DNA of 64,000 nt from Squalus acanthias (GCA_030390025.1 CM059453.1:7626001-7690000); one strand, 5' to 3'. Counted from the stretch's first letter, positions 38,706 through 52,247 are shown. The notes: a model not told the origin generated them from the letters alone. Numbers and translations: made by a program.

Positions 38706-39219
38706 TTTTAGTTTTGAGCATTTAGCTCAACTTGCTCAACAAGCTAAAACAAAAAACAAATTATTACAGCTATTTCAGATTGCCCCGGGGACGGTTGTCA
38801 AGGAGATCTTCTGAGAAAATAACACGAGGTAATCCTGAAAATTGAGGCAGAATACTTGGGATAATTGAAAGAGCAGATTCTAGATTTATTTCAAATATCA
38901 GAGAAAAGCGAATCAAATCCGAGTGTGCAGTTCATGCTCTCGGAGTTATACCTGGAGATATATATTAAGACAGATCATTAATCGTCTGCTTTCAAGTTGG
39001 ATTATCCCCTGGTAATTTAAACACTGTGTCGTATGCAGAGGAGCCGCTAGTTGTTTCGCAAAACATTTCCTTATATTAAATGATCCAACATGTGCACCCG
39101 GTGCTGAGCTTTGTACAGGGGATTGCATATTTACATTTCCTTATTTTTATGTCTTCTGAACTAAACATATAGGAAAGCAATCTTAGCGCAGTTATTTCAA
39201 ATTTACACAAAGGACAAAA

Positions 39220-39660
39220 CCATGTCTGAAAATCAGTGTCAGTCTGCAAGCTCTTCGTGTCCTCCTCACAACTTACTGCCCCACCTATCTTTGTAACGTC
39301 AGCTAACTTGGGATACATTTCCTTTCATACTAGGCACGGGATTTCTGCATTCGTGATGGTGTTGCTGCAGTAGGGAGATTCCCTCTAGCATGTCTGTGTG
39401 TTGTTGACGTTTTACAGTTAAATAGAATTACATAGAATGGGCAGCACACAAGCAGGCCATTGGGCCCAGTTGTCTATTTCGGTGTTTATGCACCACAAAC
39501 AATATCTCCCTCCCTAATTCATCTGATTCAATCAGCATAACCATCTATTCCTGTCTCCTACATATGTTGTTCTAGCTTCTCCTAGAATGCACCTATGCTA
39601 TTCGCCTCAATTACACCAGGCGGTCGCGAGTTCCACATTCTACCGTAATGCTTTTTAAAA
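39220..39660 (-). mobile_element. Two small CR1 fragments
   Basis: KLADVTKIGGAVSCEEDTKSLQ and a 3' tail at ~39420. Confidence 0.65.
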
Positions 39661-40054
39661 AAATGTTTCCTTAAAATATTCCTGGATATTTTTAAGAGTG
39701 TTAAATTGTTAAAGTTTGATTAATACAGCTGAAACTGTGATTATCACAAGAAAGAACAATTTTGAATCACGGAGTCAAGCCACCAACTATGAGTAACCCG
39801 ATTATAATTGACTGAAACTCACTTTAAAAAACTATAGTAAAAACTATGTTCTAGTTAGATTAGGATACAGTAGTCAATTCCTTAGGATAATTTTTTTTCG
39901 TTCAATACCTTTCAAAATGTACGGATTAGTGCCTAAGAAAATCCAGTTTAATTTTGGGCCTGCAAACGAGCACAATTAGAGAAAACTAACAAAAGGAGAT
40001 TAACTCATTCTGGAGGCGTGGCCAGTAGTTTGGATGGTCCTGCTTCATTATTTC

Positions 40055-40462
40055 TAATTTATTTATTCGTTCCTGGGATGTGGGGGTCGCTGGCAAGGCC
40101 GGAATTTATTGACCACCCCTAATTGCCCTTGAGAAGGTGGTGGTGACCCACCTTCTTAAACCGCTGCAGTCCGTGTGGTGTAGGTACTCCCACAGTGCTG
40201 ACATTTTCGCAGTGGTTTGGTACAACTGAGTGGTTTGCTAGGCATTTTTAGAGGGCAGGTAAGAGTTAATCACATTGCTGTCGGTCTGGAGTCACATATA
40301 GGCCAGATCAGGTGAGGACGGCAGATTTCCTTCCCTAAAGGACATCAGTGAAGCAGATGGGATTTTACAACAATCTGGTAGTGGCATGTTCACCATTACT
40401 GATGTTAGCTTTTTAATTCCAGATTTATTTAATGCACTGAATATAAATCCCCCCAGCTGCCA
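40055..40462 (-). mobile_element. Shark-type SINE / LINE-tail composite
   Basis: Reverse complement of the 62835-63320 family (gggcaattaggg...gcgacccccacatccc tail). Confidence 0.75.
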
Positions 40463-40584
40463 AGTTCTAGCGCGATGTTTTTAAAACTACGCCGATATCA
40501 GGGAAATTGCGTCGAAAAGGACCGCATTCGAGCGGATACTCCAGGCCCTTGTATTTACATATCGCCATTCACAAACACAGTACA

Positions 40585-40960
40585 TTCAAATGCGCTTTAC
40601 AGCCAATGAAGTACTTTTGAAATATTGTAAGGTTGGAATCGCAGCAACCATTTTAGCATACAACAAGGTCGCCCAAAATCATCAATGTGATATTGAACAG
40701 ATAATCTGTTTTGGTGCGGTTGATTGAGGGATAAATACTGGCCCAGGACACCGGGCAGAGCTACACTCCCATTTTCCGAAACAGTGGCAAGGAATCTTTT
40801 CAGGCACCAAAGTAGCATCAGTTTATCGTCTCATTCGCAAGGCAGCTTCTGCGCATGTGCCACACTCCCTCAGTAGTGCACTGGGAATGTCAACATGAAT
40901 TTTGCGCTCAAGGCTCTGGAGTGGGACTTGGAACCAACGACATCTTGATTCAGATGCAAT
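40585..40960 (-). mobile_element. DeuSINE (SacSINE1-like)
   Basis: Deu domain plus tail aagtacttcattggctgtaaagcgc on the minus strand. Confidence 0.75.
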
Positions 40961-41459
40961 ATATTGTGAAGATGAATGCTCTGAGATCTCAATTCGAATT
41001 ACAGTTTAAACGTGGAGCTGAAAACACAACAGGTCCTTTAAAGATTCAGCTTACACTCTAAGCGGATGTTGCCTGACCGCAAATAAATTTATTCCGGTCC
41101 AATTGTCCAGAATGATTCACACCGAAGAACGTCATAGATAGCAGTGGGCTGTGTTCTGCAGTAACCACAACTACAGAGGCGCTGAATAGAACCCAGCACT
41201 TCACACCTCCCCTCTTTTGCTATACTGGCACACGGTGTAAACAAACCCACCTCGGTGCAGCCGCAACGAGTGAGAAACTGAGCATGCTCCATATGAACAG
41301 TCAGCGTTAAACCCAAATTGAGCCCCGAATTTCACCACACATCATTTCAAACTTCGGCTTCAAAGCAAATTGGTCTTGTGTGGAGCTTCATTGAGCAGGG
41401 GGCATTGCACCAACCGCCACTCTGTGATTGACCAGACATTATGGCTTATTTTATTGTTA

Positions 41460-41690
41460 AAGCAAACTGAGACCTGGGTCTGAACACACATCCCTAAAGA
41501 AGTCAGTAAAACCAGGCTGTGACTGGGTCTGAACACACATCCCTAAACTAGTCAGTGAAACCAAGCTGAGACCTGGATCTGAACACACATCCCTAAACTA
41601 GTCAGTGAAGCCAAGCTGAGACCTGGGTCTGAATACACATCCCTAAACTAGTCAGTAAAACCCAACTGCGACCTGGGTCTGAATAGAAGA
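41460..41690. repeat. 50-bp tandem repeat (~4.5 units), inverted paralog of 5760-5940
   Basis: ctgagacctgggtctgaacacacatccctaaactagtcagt units. Confidence 0.92.
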
Positions 41691-41949
41691 ACCAAACAAA
41701 CTCGGCCCTGGATCTGAACCCCCTTCACACCGCCAAAAAAATGGTTGTCCCAATGGATGATTTTAATCTCTTAGTTGTTTAATAAAAATAAACTGGGCAC
41801 TGGATCGGCACTCACATCCCTGAAGTGCTCTGTAAAATCAGACTGGACCCTGGATCTTACCGCAAATTCCATCTCCCTTTCTCAGACTTTCTCTGTCAGA
41901 ATGTCTCTCACACATTTTGACTTCCCTCTCTCTCTTTTTTCACTAGAAA

Positions 41950-42300
41950 ACGAGAAGGCTGAGCTGTAGCCTAATAGAGGACTTGAAAATTACGATAGGG
42001 TTTTTGAGGGTAGATGTACAGAAGGTATCCCTATTTGTGGGGAGTCCAAAACTCGGGGTCATAAATCTATGATTATCACCAATAAATCCAGTCGAGATTC
42101 AGTAGAAGCTTCACTACCCAGCGTGGTGAAAATGTGAAACTTGCTACCGCAGTGAGTGGTTGAGGCGAATAACATAGATACATTTAAGGCGAAGCTAGAC
42201 AGGTACATGTGGGAGAAATATAGAGAAGGATATGCTGATAGGGTTAGAAGAGGTAAGGTGGAAGAAGGCTCATTAGGAGCATAAACATACTGGCCTTTGT
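41950..42300 (+). mobile_element. Old CR1 3' fragment
   Basis: gagtccaaaactcggggtcata ... gtggttgaggc motifs. Confidence 0.6.
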
Positions 42301-42336
42301 TTATATGTAATTATGTAAATGTAATTCACTCTCTGG

Positions 42337-42337
<1 letters not shown>

Positions 42338-42363
<26 letters not shown>
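42338..42363. repeat. (CT)n microsatellite
   Basis: Pure CT run. Confidence 0.95.
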
Positions 42364-42367
<4 letters not shown>

Positions 42368-44299
42368 TCCCTCATTATCTCTCAATTAAGGGTATTAAAA
42401 GAGAATAAAAAAGGTGAGCAACTGCGATTTCAAAAGGGTATAAAAAGGGGGTTTAAAAGTGATCTAATAGAGGTTTAAAACGGAGATCTAAGGCGGATCA
42501 TGAAGGGGGTGAACAGGGGCTGTAGCACTGAGGTTAAGTACTGGTTTTATTAAGGGGTTGACAGTAGTATTTAAAAGGTGGGTTTAAAGAAGTGTAATTA
42601 GAAAGAGGGAAGGCGGGAGGATTCTGTGGTCTCACCGGAAGTGACATCAATCGCAGACATGACAGACAACAGCGAATGGGCTCTCATTGGATCTGTCATC
42701 ATTTCATCAGTGAATATGAAATCCTATTCTAGTGAATAGTAAGAAGATGAATATATTAAAAGAGGAATGGCCATTGGTCCAAAGGACGCTGCATCTTGCC
42801 CGTGTGAAATTCACCCTCATTGATTCTCATTCACTTATTTTTATGCTTTAGGGAGTGGAATAATCACGGGGCACTCACGAGAAGGCAACGTCCCCTTTCC
42901 CAAATTTCGAAACCAAGAGATATTTCAGGTAAACTGTTATCGCACTGGACTGAATGTTCAATTTAGTGCGTATTCATAATATAAGGCTTAAATAGTCACA
43001 CTCAGAGCTCCACACGCAGTTTCCCTCACGGACAATTATCACCCTCTGCACCATTTACACATTCCTCAGTTCTTATATTGTATTTCCATTCACTGCCTGA
43101 TGTTAGTTTATATGTTCTACTGGCCTTGTACTAACAGGTTTGTAAGCGAGTGATACCCATCCTGTAATGTCGGCCTCTGTTGTCTCGTCAGGACTTCTTC
43201 TTTCTCGCCTTACTAAACAATATGATTATCTTCCGTTTTCAGTTCTGATTAATTATATACCCAAAATGTCCACTGACATCTTCACCCCACAGACAGCGAC
43301 TGACCTGTTATGCCTTGTCAACAGTTCCTGGTGTTCTTCAATGGATGTGTGCCCGGGACGTTCAAGAGTCCTGAGTAATGAGGCTGCTGTGACCCTCTCC
43401 TTGTGTGCGTCAGAAAATAATGGAGAATTAAATATCTTTGCTGTGTTGAGAAGTCCAATTAGTATGAATAGAATGTGCAAAATATTGTAATGGGTGAGCG
43501 CCAGAAAAATAAACAATTTGCTCTGGAAAGTGTAACGGATTTCAGATTAGAATTGTGAAAATGGGAAAGAGTGAGTTGTGCAAACTGCACGAGGCTCATC
43601 CGAGGTGCTTTACTGAGATCTATAAGGTAAGGTAGCGATTGATTACTAACCTCTGCATGGTAGCAGTGATACGGTCCTCTTATCTTCCAAAGAATCTGAA
43701 CTAATTCTGCTTCATAATCTGATTCCAAATGCGCCCAGCTTGAAGCTGGACTGTGTGCGAATGAGGTTCCCGATTGTATCCAGGATTTGATCCCACTGAT
43801 CAATTTGCAGGGATTTGTTCCCGTAGATAAAAATATCACGTTGTTTCCAGCAGCATTGACACTCCAATCTGAAAGCTCACGTCACATCTCACAGTTCTAG
43901 CATTAAAGTCAGAATCTTCATAAACCCGTCATTGTAGCAACTCGGATCTCAATGAGTTAATTTCAGCAGATTTCACCTCGCTGGACTGTTAATATAAACA
44001 GCTGAAGTCACTTATAAAAATGGCAGTTTACGCTCTTGAAACTGTTTTCAGAGAAACATGAAACATTTGACATTTCAGATACGTGTTGTGCCCCCGAACT
44101 ACTGAAGGTGATCAACCCACACGTCTGCAGACAACGGCTACAGGACTAACCACAGCTTCACACTTGAAACACTCGCAGTTCAAGGGCTGATAAATAGCTC
44201 AGTGTGTGGGAGTTGAGAGTCGAGGCGTCTAAAGTTGATGCAGAGGCTATTTTAGATATTGCAATCTAAAGTGCCACTGCCTGTCCTGTAACTGTGCAG

Positions 44300-44966
44300 A
44301 TGATGAGGGGGCTGGGTGCATCTCTGCTCAGGGTTATTTTGCAATGGGTGAGCCTCATATATCCTGCAACAGCGGGCCACACACTGATGTAAACTGTTAT
44401 ATTTGAAGAGTCCCAGATTTCCAACAGTTTAGATCACCAACATTTCAGGAGTGGCGAAAGCTGTGTGAGCTACCACGGTTCCCAATGATTGTTGGGTGGC
44501 GAACAGCTGACCTCCTAATACTCTGATTCGATTCATTACGAACTCCAATATATTAGCGGCGAACCGAAAACAGAAACTACATCACTTATATCTGAGATAA
44601 AAACTATTTATGTCATTTTGACATCGTCAACCGCCTCCAGTCATGAAGAATATTAAATTTATTTCCAATCCGATATTTAGCGAAGGTAAAACATATTCAT
44701 AGGGTATGTGGTTAAAGGGAGTCCTGATCCTGGAACCTCACGGGTCTCGATTATCTATGATTCCAGGGATTCAGACAACGTACCCTTAAATTATAGCGGG
44801 CGAGCTGAGTTCACCGGCGAATTTATAAAGAAACAATGTTCCTTACGGTTAAAGGACAACGGCAAACGCGATCAAGGTGACTATTATTACATATTGAAGA
44901 TCATCACTGCCTTGAATACTACAGAAGGATATTCTTCCGGATCTAAAGTCACACTTTTTATTTTAT
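44300..44966 (+). pseudogene. Siglec-like fragment D: leader + 5'-deleted V exon (inverted paralog of gene A)
   Basis: Leader MMRGLGASLLRVILQW 44300-44347. V remnant ~44701-44966 (YSGRAEFTGEFIKKQCSLRL...GDYYYILKI) ends T|gtaag. The acceptor and A/B strands are deleted, and no D2 follows. Confidence 0.88.
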
Positions 44967-45124
44967 GTAAGTTTTTTGAATTGTTCAATTATAGTTTATC
45001 TTCCATCTCCTCAGTGCCATTTAACTTGAGCTTAAAGTGTAAAGATATCTTGTTACTCTTGGCCCAAGTCACAGGCTACAGCGGCAGGACTGGTACACTG
45101 CATAATACCCATGAGTGTGTTGTA

Positions 45125-46360
45125 GAATAGAATCATAGAATCTTACAGCACAGAAGGAGGCCAGTCGGCCAACCACGCCTGTGCCGGCTCTTTAAAAGAG
45201 CTATAAAATTTAGTCCCACTCCCCATATTTTTCCACATAACTCTGTAAATCAACCTTTTTTTTTTAGGACAGCTCCAACTGTTTTTCAAAAATTCCCATT
45301 GAATCGGATTCCACCATCCTTTCAGCTGAAGCATTCTAAATCTTATCAACCCTCTAGGTGAAGACATTTCTCCTCATTTCCCAACGAGTTCTTAGTCGAA
45401 TTGGTTTAAATCTGAGACCTTTGGTTACCAACACACTTGCCAGAGGATATGGTTTCTCCTTAATAATTCTATCAAAACCCCTCACTTTTGAATAGCACTA
45501 TAAGGTCTCCCGTTATCCTTATCTTCTATAAGGAGAACAATCCCAGCTTCTCTAATCTCTCCACGTATGTGAACGTCTTCATCCCTTGTATTATCCTGGC
45601 AAACTTCTTCTATACCTCCTCCAGGGCCTTGAACTGCTTCCTTAAATGTACTGCCGAGAATTGTACACAACACTCCAGCTGACGCCAAACCAGAGATTTG
45701 TAAAACTTGAACATGACTTCCTTGTTTTTGTATTCAATGCCCCTATGTAAAAAGAACCGAATTATCTTATATGCTTTCTTGTTAAACACCTTGTCAATTT
45801 ACACTGCCATCTTCAAAGATTTGTGAATATGTACCCCATGTCCCTCTGTTCTTGCAGCTAACCTCAAAATGGGACTATTTAGATTATATTGCCTCTCCAT
45901 ACATTTCACCCAACGTGCATTACTTCACACTTATCCGCAGCAAATTGCATCTGCCATATGCCTGCCCATTTTACCAATCTGTCGATGTACTCCTGAAGTT
46001 TGCTTCAATCATGCTCACTATTTAACACGTTGCCAAGTTTTGTATCACGCTCAAACTTCGAAACGTTACTCCCAATACCAAAGTCTAGGTCATTTATATA
46101 GAACAAGATTAGCAATGGTCCTAAGATCGACCCCCTGCGGGATGCCACAGCATACTTCGCTCCTGTCAGAAAAACAGCCGTTCACCACTTCACTCTGCCT
46201 CCTATCCCTCAGCCAATTTCGTACTCACGTTGCCACTGTCCCTTAAATAAAATGTGCTGCTATTCTCCGAATAGATCTGTTATGAGGTACTTCATCCAAT
46301 GTCTTTTTAACGTCCATATATACAACAGCTACTGCACTACCTTCATCAAACCTCTCTATT
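45125..46360 (-). mobile_element. CR1 remnant, duplicated copy of ~2735-3965
   Basis: Colinear reverse complement. Confidence 0.88.
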
Positions 46361-46361
46361 A

Positions 46362-46727
46362 GTCAGAGAGTCATAGACTTATACAGCACATAAAGATGCC
46401 CTTCGGCCCATCGTGTCCGCGGGGGCCATCAAGCCTTGTCTATTTTAATCCCATTTCCGAGCACTTGGTTCGTAGCCTTGTATGCTATGGCGTATCAAGT
46501 GCTCATCTAAATGCTTCTTGAATATTGTGAGGATTCCTGACTCTACCACTCCTTCAGGCAGTGAGTTCCAGATTCCAACCACCCTCTGGGTGAAAAAGTT
46601 TTTCCTCAAATCCCCTCAAAACTCCGGCCCCTTACCTTGAAACTATGCCCCCTGGTTATTGACCACTTGACTAAGGGGAAAAGTTCCTTTCTATCTATGC
46701 CCCTCATAATTTTGTACACCTCAATAA
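46362..46727 (-). mobile_element. CR1 3' end at the junction between the D block and the C block
   Basis: agagtcatagacttatacagcac tail; ccaccctctgggtgaaaaagttt motif. Confidence 0.85.
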
Positions 46728-47403
46728 ATCTTCAAAATTTCTGAGCTTGAGTTTGAATGTAAAGAGTTAAATATTTAGAAGAAAGGCTGTTTACCACAGC
46801 GTCAAACGGTTTACTGTCAAACAGCTCCTATCTGAAACGTCACAGATGCATATTGGAGCGCTCCTTAAAGAAGGTGACGAAACCACACGTCTACAGACTG
46901 CAGCAAGCTAACTAACTGTAGTGACACCTCTACAACATTCAGCTCGTATTAGCTGCCAGAAAGCTGAAGATGTGTGAAATGTGAGGCAGAGGCGTCTGCA
47001 AGCGTGGGCGTTGCCATTCTGACACAGACGCCAATATATCAATATCATAAATAACAGTACATTTGGTGTTTGTGTGAGTTTGTACGAGAGAGAGATATTT
47101 TGTTTCTGTATTAAGTATTCTTTTGCAACGGTTAGGCATACCATAACATCATATTCTGTATCAGGCGGTCACACGGAGCCCATGTACAAGATGTGCTAGC
47201 TGCCGACCTCACCAACGGAGCTGATTGAGTGAGCACTGTTCCAACACATCGGTAGCAACCGAATCGGACTTCCCCGACAGTCTGATGCTGATTAGCAAAG
47301 AAATCCAAGATGTGACTGGAAAGAAGAATGCTGAAATTTGAATGGTGTAAATTGTGAATTTATTTCTTCATTTTGCGAGTGAAATCGACAGCATTTTCCA
47401 GTC

Positions 47404-47446
47404 ATGAGCAGTTGCGTGCTGCTGCCTCTGATAATGTTGACAGAAG
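47404..47446 (+). CDS. Gene C signal-peptide exon
   Basis: gtcATG, MSSCVLLPLIMLTE G|gtac. Confidence 0.85.
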
Positions 47447-48084
47447 GTACATTTCTGATGGTTTTTTTTTACAATTTCTGCAAGTGATTTATATCTTGTG
47501 GGAAAGGAACAGCAAAATAACGAATATGAATGATTTTTTTGTTATTGATTTCAGAACTTGTGAAATAGGTATTCCATGATTGTTTAACGCGTGTGTTGTT
47601 GTTGTTTGATAGCGTATACAGCCTATTGAAATAATATTTAAATACAGGGATTTTCAAATTATTTTTATTGTAAAGCACATTTAATAAAATTTACTTCATA
47701 TTGATTGAGTGATTCAAGGGAGATTCAAGAGATGTTTAATATTTATTTTGATCATTATTTTAATGTATATTTAATGAGCATTTTAATGGGCGTTCTCTTA
47801 CATGTTAGTGGATATGTATTCGGTTTTTAGATGAGTATTAAATATGTATATTACCGGTTCATAAATCTCCTATCAAATAGGTATTCCTATGACCATTTCA
47901 ATGGGTGTTGTGATTGGATTTTATTTAGTATTTTTTCTTGATTTTGAAAAGACCTTCACTGATATTATAATTGCTATTGTGAATGGCGATAGTTTGTCAA
48001 TTATCAAATACTTCAATGAATGATAATGATGCTGAAATGAATTTTGAATAGCTAATTAAAGGGTGTCTAATTTATTTTTCTCAG

Positions 48085-48471
48085 TTGTTTTTAGTGCTGC
48101 ATCCTCTGTGAAGATACCAAAAGTTGTGTCGGCGGTGGCCGGTTCATGTGCAGAGATCCGGTGTACGTTTGATTTTGATTATCCAGACTATCGGGGAATC
48201 GTTGATATGACGTGGTTAAAGAGGGAACCTGGTCTTGGTAAGACTGGCTTCTCCATTATATATGATCCTAAAGATCCACACAGGCAGCATAATAACTACC
48301 GTGGAAGAGCTGAGTTCAAGTGTAACATTGAAAAGAAACTATGTTCCCTCCTGCTAACGGCTATCAGGAAGAGTGATCAGGGTAAATACCAACTCAGAAT
48401 CGAGATCGCTTCGGCCATATTTAATAATAGACCTCGGCCTCTGCATGCTGAGGTATTTCTTTCTGTTTTAG
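48085..48471 (+). CDS. Gene C V-set exon with the sialic-acid-binding Arg
   Basis: Open, 387 nt; GSCAEIRCTF, LCSLLL, GKYQLRIE (Arg codon 48396-98). Confidence 0.93.
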
Positions 48472-50166
48472 GTGAGTTTTCCCTTTGTTCCTTTTGTACA
48501 TTTTCACTCCAGTGCTTCAGTATGATTCAACCTATGTGCAAAGTGGCCAAATATTATAATATCCCTGACCGATCTCAACCGGTATTTGAAACATAAGGTG
48601 CAAGGATACTGATAAGTGTCGCAGATGTCTGATATCCGAAACACAGAAGTATATTGAAATTACAACAGTAAAACTGGCCGTTCGGCCATGAGACTCAGTG
48701 TGGCTGTTTGTCCTTAACATGAGCAACACTCCGAATCGCATGTGCCTGCTCAGTTCCCATATCCCTTTATTGCAATTCCCTTCCAACACCTGTCGAACCT
48801 ATTCTGAAAATGTCCACATGAGGATAGATTAGTACTTGTTGACTGAACCTAAAACTGACGTTGTTAGTCGTACATACAATACATTAACCAGCAGCTCATT
48901 ATTTCCAATGAAATGAAAGGCAATTAAACTAGGTCGGTTGCTAGAGTGGGTGACTTATCTGGAGTGAGAGATTTGACCAGGGCGGACATTTCAAATTCTA
49001 CTTCAGTCTCCTTCTATCGCCTCTGTCCCGTTGCTTAATAAGTTTAAGCACTTCTGTCAAATCATCACAAAATCATTTTTAAACTCATAAGATCTGCAAT
49101 TTTTAGATATTTTCTTCTAATTTAAATGTTCTCATACCAGCAAGAAACTACGTGAATCCACCCTAAATCCTTCCTATAGACTGGAGCCCCATACCCGCAT
49201 TCTTACTCCAACTGTGAAATAACTGCTGTTCGCGTTAGAATCTCCACTAATCCCGAATTTATATTATTGATCTCCTGCCATTAAACCCAGAGCTCCAGAA
49301 ACATCTTCATACACTTTCCCACTGGAGGTGCTACTTTTACTGTCTCATGAAGCTGACCCCAAATTCCTCTGCTCTTCCACTTCTCCCAGCTTCCTACGGT
49401 TCAAATGAACTTCTACCACCTCATATTTTCTGAACTTGAATTATATCTGCCTCTTATGTCCCCATTCTACTATATATCCAGTAGCCGTTTGTAACTCCCT
49501 TTAGTTGTCTCGTTATTTCCTGGGAGTTGTACTTGCAAATTTGTCATGAGTGTCAAACTTGCGATATTGGATACGCCTCTCATTGTACAACCCGCCCAAT
49601 TTTCATTTTGTTGGAATCTAATTAACTCCTAACGGGAAATTTGGACATCATTCTATTTAGCACCATCTCCAAGTTATTGATGCACCCAGTGAGTTGAAGC
49701 AATCCCGCAGCACAACTCTTTGGGACACCGAAATCGGATCCAACTATTCTGAGCAACTGCAATTAACAGCGACTCACTGCATCCTCCCTTCTAAAGTGTT
49801 TGTATTGCAACTTCTACCTTATCTTTAATTCCAAACCTATTAATATCTTCTCCAATAATCTCCTGTGTTTACCGTCGGCAATGGCTTCCTGATTACATTT
49901 TAAGTTACTTTTTGGTGAAGCGTCTTTGGACATCGCGAGGACTTAAAAGGCGCTGAATTAATGCAACTTTGTTCCTGCCTTTCCCTATCCAGCGCTCAGT
50001 TATCCAGCTTTCAATTAGATCTTAATTAAAAAGTAGATGTTTCAGTCACGGGAAAATCAGGTTAAGTTTTAATTTATTTGTTCATTCTAATCCCAATGTA
50101 AACCATCACTCGCCCGCTCTAACATTGAAATGTACCTGACACGCTGGCTTTCTCCCGTTTTAATAG

Positions 50167-50478
50167 AAACGCCACATATTTCAAGTTATGGCGTTCTGAT
50201 CGCTGGAAAAACTGCACGACTGACCTGCTCCATCAGACACAACTGCCCGAATGGCAACCTGCAACTGAAGTGGATTAATTATAATGTGTCCCTTCCTCTT
50301 CAATGGGATATACAAGAAGGAGTAGGAATGATCAAAGAACGTTCAGGTTCTCGGACAGTTTCATCCGTGCTGACCTTCACTCCATCATCTGCTCATCACG
50401 GGAAAATTCTGGGATGCACAATTCTAATTGATGGTATCCCAGCTCCTTCAGCACAAAATCTTATCTTGGAGATTAAAT
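50167..50478 (+). CDS. Gene C C2-set D2 exon
   Basis: Open, 312 nt; taatag|AA ... AAAT|gtaag. Confidence 0.93.
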
Positions 50479-51064
50479 GTAAGTGTCCGGTCTAAAGTAA
50501 ACACACTTATCCTGTCGGCCAGCGGCCTCAAAATTTGCACTTTTACCACAAGTAATTTATTAAGTGTTAGAACTGCATCAAAGAATGCATCATGAAAAGC
50601 TCAGCCTCTGTACCAGTAGAGCTCACTTCGACAATCAATGGTTCGGAATGGCTCTCATCTAATTCTTATTAGTCATATTTCATTAGAAACATTCATATGC
50701 ATGAATCAATGATGGTGCCTCCAAGAGATTTTTTAATGTGACAGTTAATCTTTATTCTAAAAACTTACAGACAGGTTCTGAGTTTAGTCAATGATAAATG
50801 CAAGCATCAAGGCCATGCCGAGTGATGATCTGAAGCTATGACACCAGATCTCAGCTCTGTTTGGGCATAATAAGAATTTAAGAATTAGGAACAGGACTCG
50901 GCCATACGGGCACTTCGAGCCAGCTCCGCCACATCGGCAATCATGGCTGATCATCAAACTCAACTCCAAATTACCGCCCGATCCAAATACCCAATATAAT
51001 GAATTACTTAGGAGATCAATTATTCGTATTCAGCAATCACGTTTTTCTTTAACGCTTGCTTCAG

Positions 51065-51321
51065 ATGGATTGGAAATCCCAACCGTCAACTCCTCTATAG
51101 TAGCTATGAAAGGAAGTTCATTATTATTGTACTGCACGGCCTGGGGGAAACCCCTGGTCAGTTTAAGATGGGTGAAAAATGGTGAAGAGACCAGCAGGTC
51201 TTCCACTGGTGAACTGAAGCAGATATTACACAACATTCGTTCTGAAGACGCGGTGAATATTGGTGCATAGCTGAAAATGCCCTGGGCACCACAAAACGTT
51301 CCACACAGATTTCAGTACATT
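51065..51321 (+). pseudogene. Gene C D3 exon with a 1-nt deletion (~51251)
   Basis: 257 nt versus 258 in B. GAC GC- GGT GAA TAT TGG TGC (DAGEYWC) is shifted, giving TAG at 51268-70. Confidence 0.9.
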
Positions 51322-52247
51322 GTAAGTATGTATGCATTTTCAATTAGCCAGTAGCCTTTCACTTCAAGAATTCTGCATTAAATTCCAATTTTCTCTTGCC
51401 CGCTTGCTGGAAGGCGCCCATGTGCATGAGTTTGGGACAGTTTCACCCCTTCCCGCGGAAATAGCGGCAAACTACCTCGAAGGCTCCAATAATGGAAACT
51501 AACCTGGCATCTCGCTCAGTATGACAGGAGTGGAATATGGCACAATGTCTCATAAATGCAGCAGACCTTACATTTATGAGGTTGCGACAAAAGCACATTA
51601 ACTGGGACATTTATTCTACAACTAATTATTCATAAATTATACTCGTAGTCTGAAAGAAACAATTTTCCAATCCTTAGAACTGATTTGCAGCAATTAAATG
51701 AGCACAAATTCTTTCTAAAAAAATCTAATTAAATGGTGTTAAGCTAACTTCTGTTACTTGTATTAACGTTGAGTTAATAGTATAATATTGTCGATACTTG
51801 GTTCTTTGAAGTGTCCCCTTGTTAGCCGGACGTTTATTGAAGAATCACGTCAGTCCACCACAAAGGAAGATGTGGAAAACAGTACACAAAGTGAAGACAT
51901 TGACATGAATTGACCTTTTAAAACAGTGACGGGTGAGACACGGTTGTGTGTATATTATACATAAACAAATCTCTGAGCTAGCTCCATCTGAGGGCCCCTC
52001 ACAACATCTGTCAGGAGATGTATTGATGGACTGAACACTCATTGTATTTAATATGGAATTGTTCCTAACGAGCTCACCTGTTATAAGTGAAAATATAAGA
52101 AGCCATGAACTGGTGAAACACAGCCTGCTTCATCTTAAAATATAACAACCAGAACTATTATTGTTAGTTCAACTCATTACTTAATTGTATTTCGACACTA
52201 CAACTGTTTTCATGATCATTTCCTATCGAAGTTTACATTTTTTTTAG

